Of a stretch of DNA of 64,000 nucleotides, positions 60,926-64,000 are shown in pieces. The stretch lies in assembly GCA_964016885.1 (NCBI GenBank), contig OZ024748.1, forward strand, positions 4,402,001-4,466,000, read 5' to 3'. Below the pieces are notes generated by a model, which worked only from the letters and a program-made list of their open reading frames with translations, had not been told where the DNA came from and searched no databases. Both the position numbers and the translations under genes were made by a program. The DNA comes from Eledone cirrhosa (taxonomy: Eukaryota). Each line of letters starts with the position of its first letter. Position 1 is the first letter of the stretch.

Positions 60926-63900
60926 CTCCCACCAATCCTCTCATTTACCTCAACCACAAAACGATGAAAAATAAAACAAACACAGAAATCATAAAAAACT
61001 CTCCGTAATAGAAAGGCGTCTCATCCCGCCCCCTCATCTATCCCATAAATCCCAATAAAATGCCCTCCTCTCTTCTCCACCGAAGCCCATCACAACCCCA
61101 CAGGAAATTTATAGACCATATTGTAGTGTCAAACAAATTGTCACTGTCTGGCTATTTTTCTTTTGGTCCCCAGTCAGCCAAACAACCCAGCAAACCTCTC
61201 ATAGAAATTCTACACGGTGTTTTATTACAAGACACAAGACCCGTAAAGAAATTATGACCCCTATGAACCTCCCCTTATCATCCCATATACATACTTTATA
61301 TACAATTACCCAATTGCTAACCATTTTCGCCCCATTCAATCAAGAAGCACCCACCCACCTTTTCACAGAATTTTACAAGGTGTTTATTGCACACAAGACC
61401 CCTAAAAATAAATTATGGCTCTTCTCACCATCTTCACGTCACTCCACACTCAACACTCTACTTAATACATAAATGTCCAATAGCTAATTGTTTTGTCACT
61501 CTCAAAGACTTGCCGCCATTTTTCACGAACCCAAAGTTTCAAATACAGCTAACAGAGTAAAGGAGAAGAGAGCCTTTATGTAGTCGCCCGATACACTAAA
61601 CATGACAGCTAAATCTCTCTAAAATTATACCCATACTGGCCTAAATAAGCCTCTATTTCTGGGGTCCCTGTACATAGGAAAAGGCATGGAATGGCCACGG
61701 ATGGAAATACCTTGATCATAGACCTGCTCTTTGATCATATGATTGACCTAGGGCTAAAGAAGAAGAACAATAACAAAATCTAAATCTAGCCGATAGAGGA
61801 GCTTATATGTGGGAGCTCCACCTGCTAAAAATGACAGTCAAATATCCTCAAATTACCTTATTGTCTTAAAGATATAAACGGAGGATATGCGATAATGTTC
61901 TTTTTACATATGCCTAAATAAAAGACGAGAGGGTCACGGCTGGAATGTATATTATTCTACATCGTCTTGATCATGCCTGACCCTGGGCTAAACAATAACA
62001 ACCATCTCTACTTTCTGTGACATTTAACTGCTTTTTATTAGCCCTAAGTAGCCCTAAGTAGAACCCTAAAGAGATTGTGGTGGGACTTTACACACAAATA
62101 AATCCCTAATTATTGATTATATTGTCCCTGTCAAACCCTATCACTTCTTTTTACACAAGATTTTACTGTTGTTTATGGGACACTAGAGTCAAAAGATATA
62201 GCTCCTCTATATACACTCATCACATGACATATTAATGTCGAACCGTCGATTTATATGGCCACTGTCAAACACCAACCAACTTCCAGAAAATATAATATAT
62301 GTATGATGTTTATTACACACAGGAAACCTTTTACAAATAGAAATAAATATAATTACGATCACACATCCCTATATATAAAACACCTCATTAGTGATTGTAT
62401 TTCTACTGAGAAGCTCCCATACATTATTTACGAAATATTATACCAATTTATTACACACAAAACCTTATATATAGAGGTTACAGCCACAGCACAGCTTTTA
62501 CAAAATACCACTGTTATTTATTACATACAAAATAAAGGAGTCGATGGTCATTTCGGATCAAAGAGACCATGTATCTATTGGTCTTCAAACTGTTGATATT
62601 ATCTGCTGATCACAACTCCCGATAGAACGAGGATCCCCACCAGCGACGGCCTTAGCAATTTATTTGTTCCCTCAGCTGAGCTTTTTAGTTTTAGGATGAT
62701 TAGAATATTTGAAATGAATATTAGTATGTATAACATCTCAATTCTAATTACTTGCGTCATGCTAACTTTCATATATAAAATTGGGGGTTTACTGTGTATT
62801 CTAATTTTTAGTATATGAGCCCTAATCAATCTGAAGTGCCCCGAGTACCTCAGGGTCTAACCAACCCTGCCTACAACTCTATCAGGAGTTACGGGTCCAA
62901 ACATACATACATATATACATAGGTTATATGAAGCATTGCAAAATATGTTTAGTATTGTTTTGGGGGAATATAAGTTGGGAAATAATTGTTTCTACTTTTG
63001 GCACAAGGCCAGCAATTATCCCAGTACATGACTGGTACTTTATTTTATGGACCCCGTAAGGATGACAGGCAAAGTTAACCTCGGCGGGATTTGAACTCAG
63101 ACCGTCACTCTATGCTGTAAAGCATGGCGTCGTACCCACATAAGACACTGCCCATACAATGCCCTATAAGTTGGAAAATAATTGTTTCTATTTTTGGCAC
63201 AAGGTCAGCAATTATATCATTGCATTACTGGTACTTTATTTTATCGACGTTAAAACTAGACTATAGTAAAACAAACAAAAGAATACTTTATTATTTTATT
63301 TTATATTTCATTATATTTCGCAATAAAGAAATAGAAGGGAATGATGATGATGAGTGAAGCTTTCCCAGAACAACTATAACAGCCATTTGTGACACACAAC
63401 AACCCAGAGAAAGGAGTTACAACCCCAACATCAATAAAAAAGATTTATTCAATTATTAGCCATTTTTTTTCTCACAAGGAACCAATCTAGTTTTCAGAAA
63501 TGTTATCGCTATCTAGAGTTTAGTGGTGTTTATTTGACACGAGAGCCTTAAAAAAATGTCTTCCCGTCACAACCACAACCAACACCACCACTACCGCTAC
63601 GGCTACACCCATACACTATTAACTCTTTAAAAAAAAAAATACCCCAATTACTAAACATTTTGCCACAATAAAACTCCACCCACTTTTTATGACATTTAAT
63701 AGCTGTTTATTACACATATGACTATAAAGATATTATTGCCTCCTCTACATAAAACATAAACGTACAATATGTTACCGTTTAGACATTATCAAACACCATT
63801 CACTTTTCACATTTCATCACAGTTTATTACACATCTAACCATAAAAAAATCTACCCTCTCCCTTCCTTAGTCCCTCCTCATAGATTTAATACATAAAGTA

Positions 63901-64000
63901 GAATATGCTACCATTTTTCCCCTATTAAACACAGAACTAACTCACTATATAACAAATGTATCCAGTGCGTGTTTATTCCACACAAAACCATAAAGACATT

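Overview
AT-rich, microsatellite-saturated animal DNA. The (TA)n/(TACA)n load and the SINE families look like an octopod cephalopod, which is an inference from repeat content. The only host gene is exon 1 of Hox3 on the minus strand (15473-14489: N-terminal MQKTYY, polyQ/H/A/G tracts, IYPWMKETRQN hexapeptide, phase-1 CAG|GTGAGT donor). Its homeobox exon is not in the window, so the intron exceeds 14.4 kb. Nearly all other ORFs are microsatellite artefacts. The rest is a mosaic of mobile elements: an Expander/Rex3-type RTE fragment with a 6x99-bp in-frame amplification and a 17-bp direct repeat next to the Hox3 donor, three R4/Dong-type fragments all embedded in (TACA)n, a CRE-type fragment, a Penelope GIY-YIG 3' end, tRNA-derived SINEs, hAT-like MITEs (some nested) and a non-autonomous Helitron. 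The most notable hidden structure is several families of short TA-embedded elements, often arranged as fold-back palindromes, that carry type I hammerhead ribozyme folds with covarying stems. There is also a cluster of fixed-spacing inverted Cdx/Hox-type sites 46-49 kb upstream of Hox3. All calls were made by eye; no searches were run.
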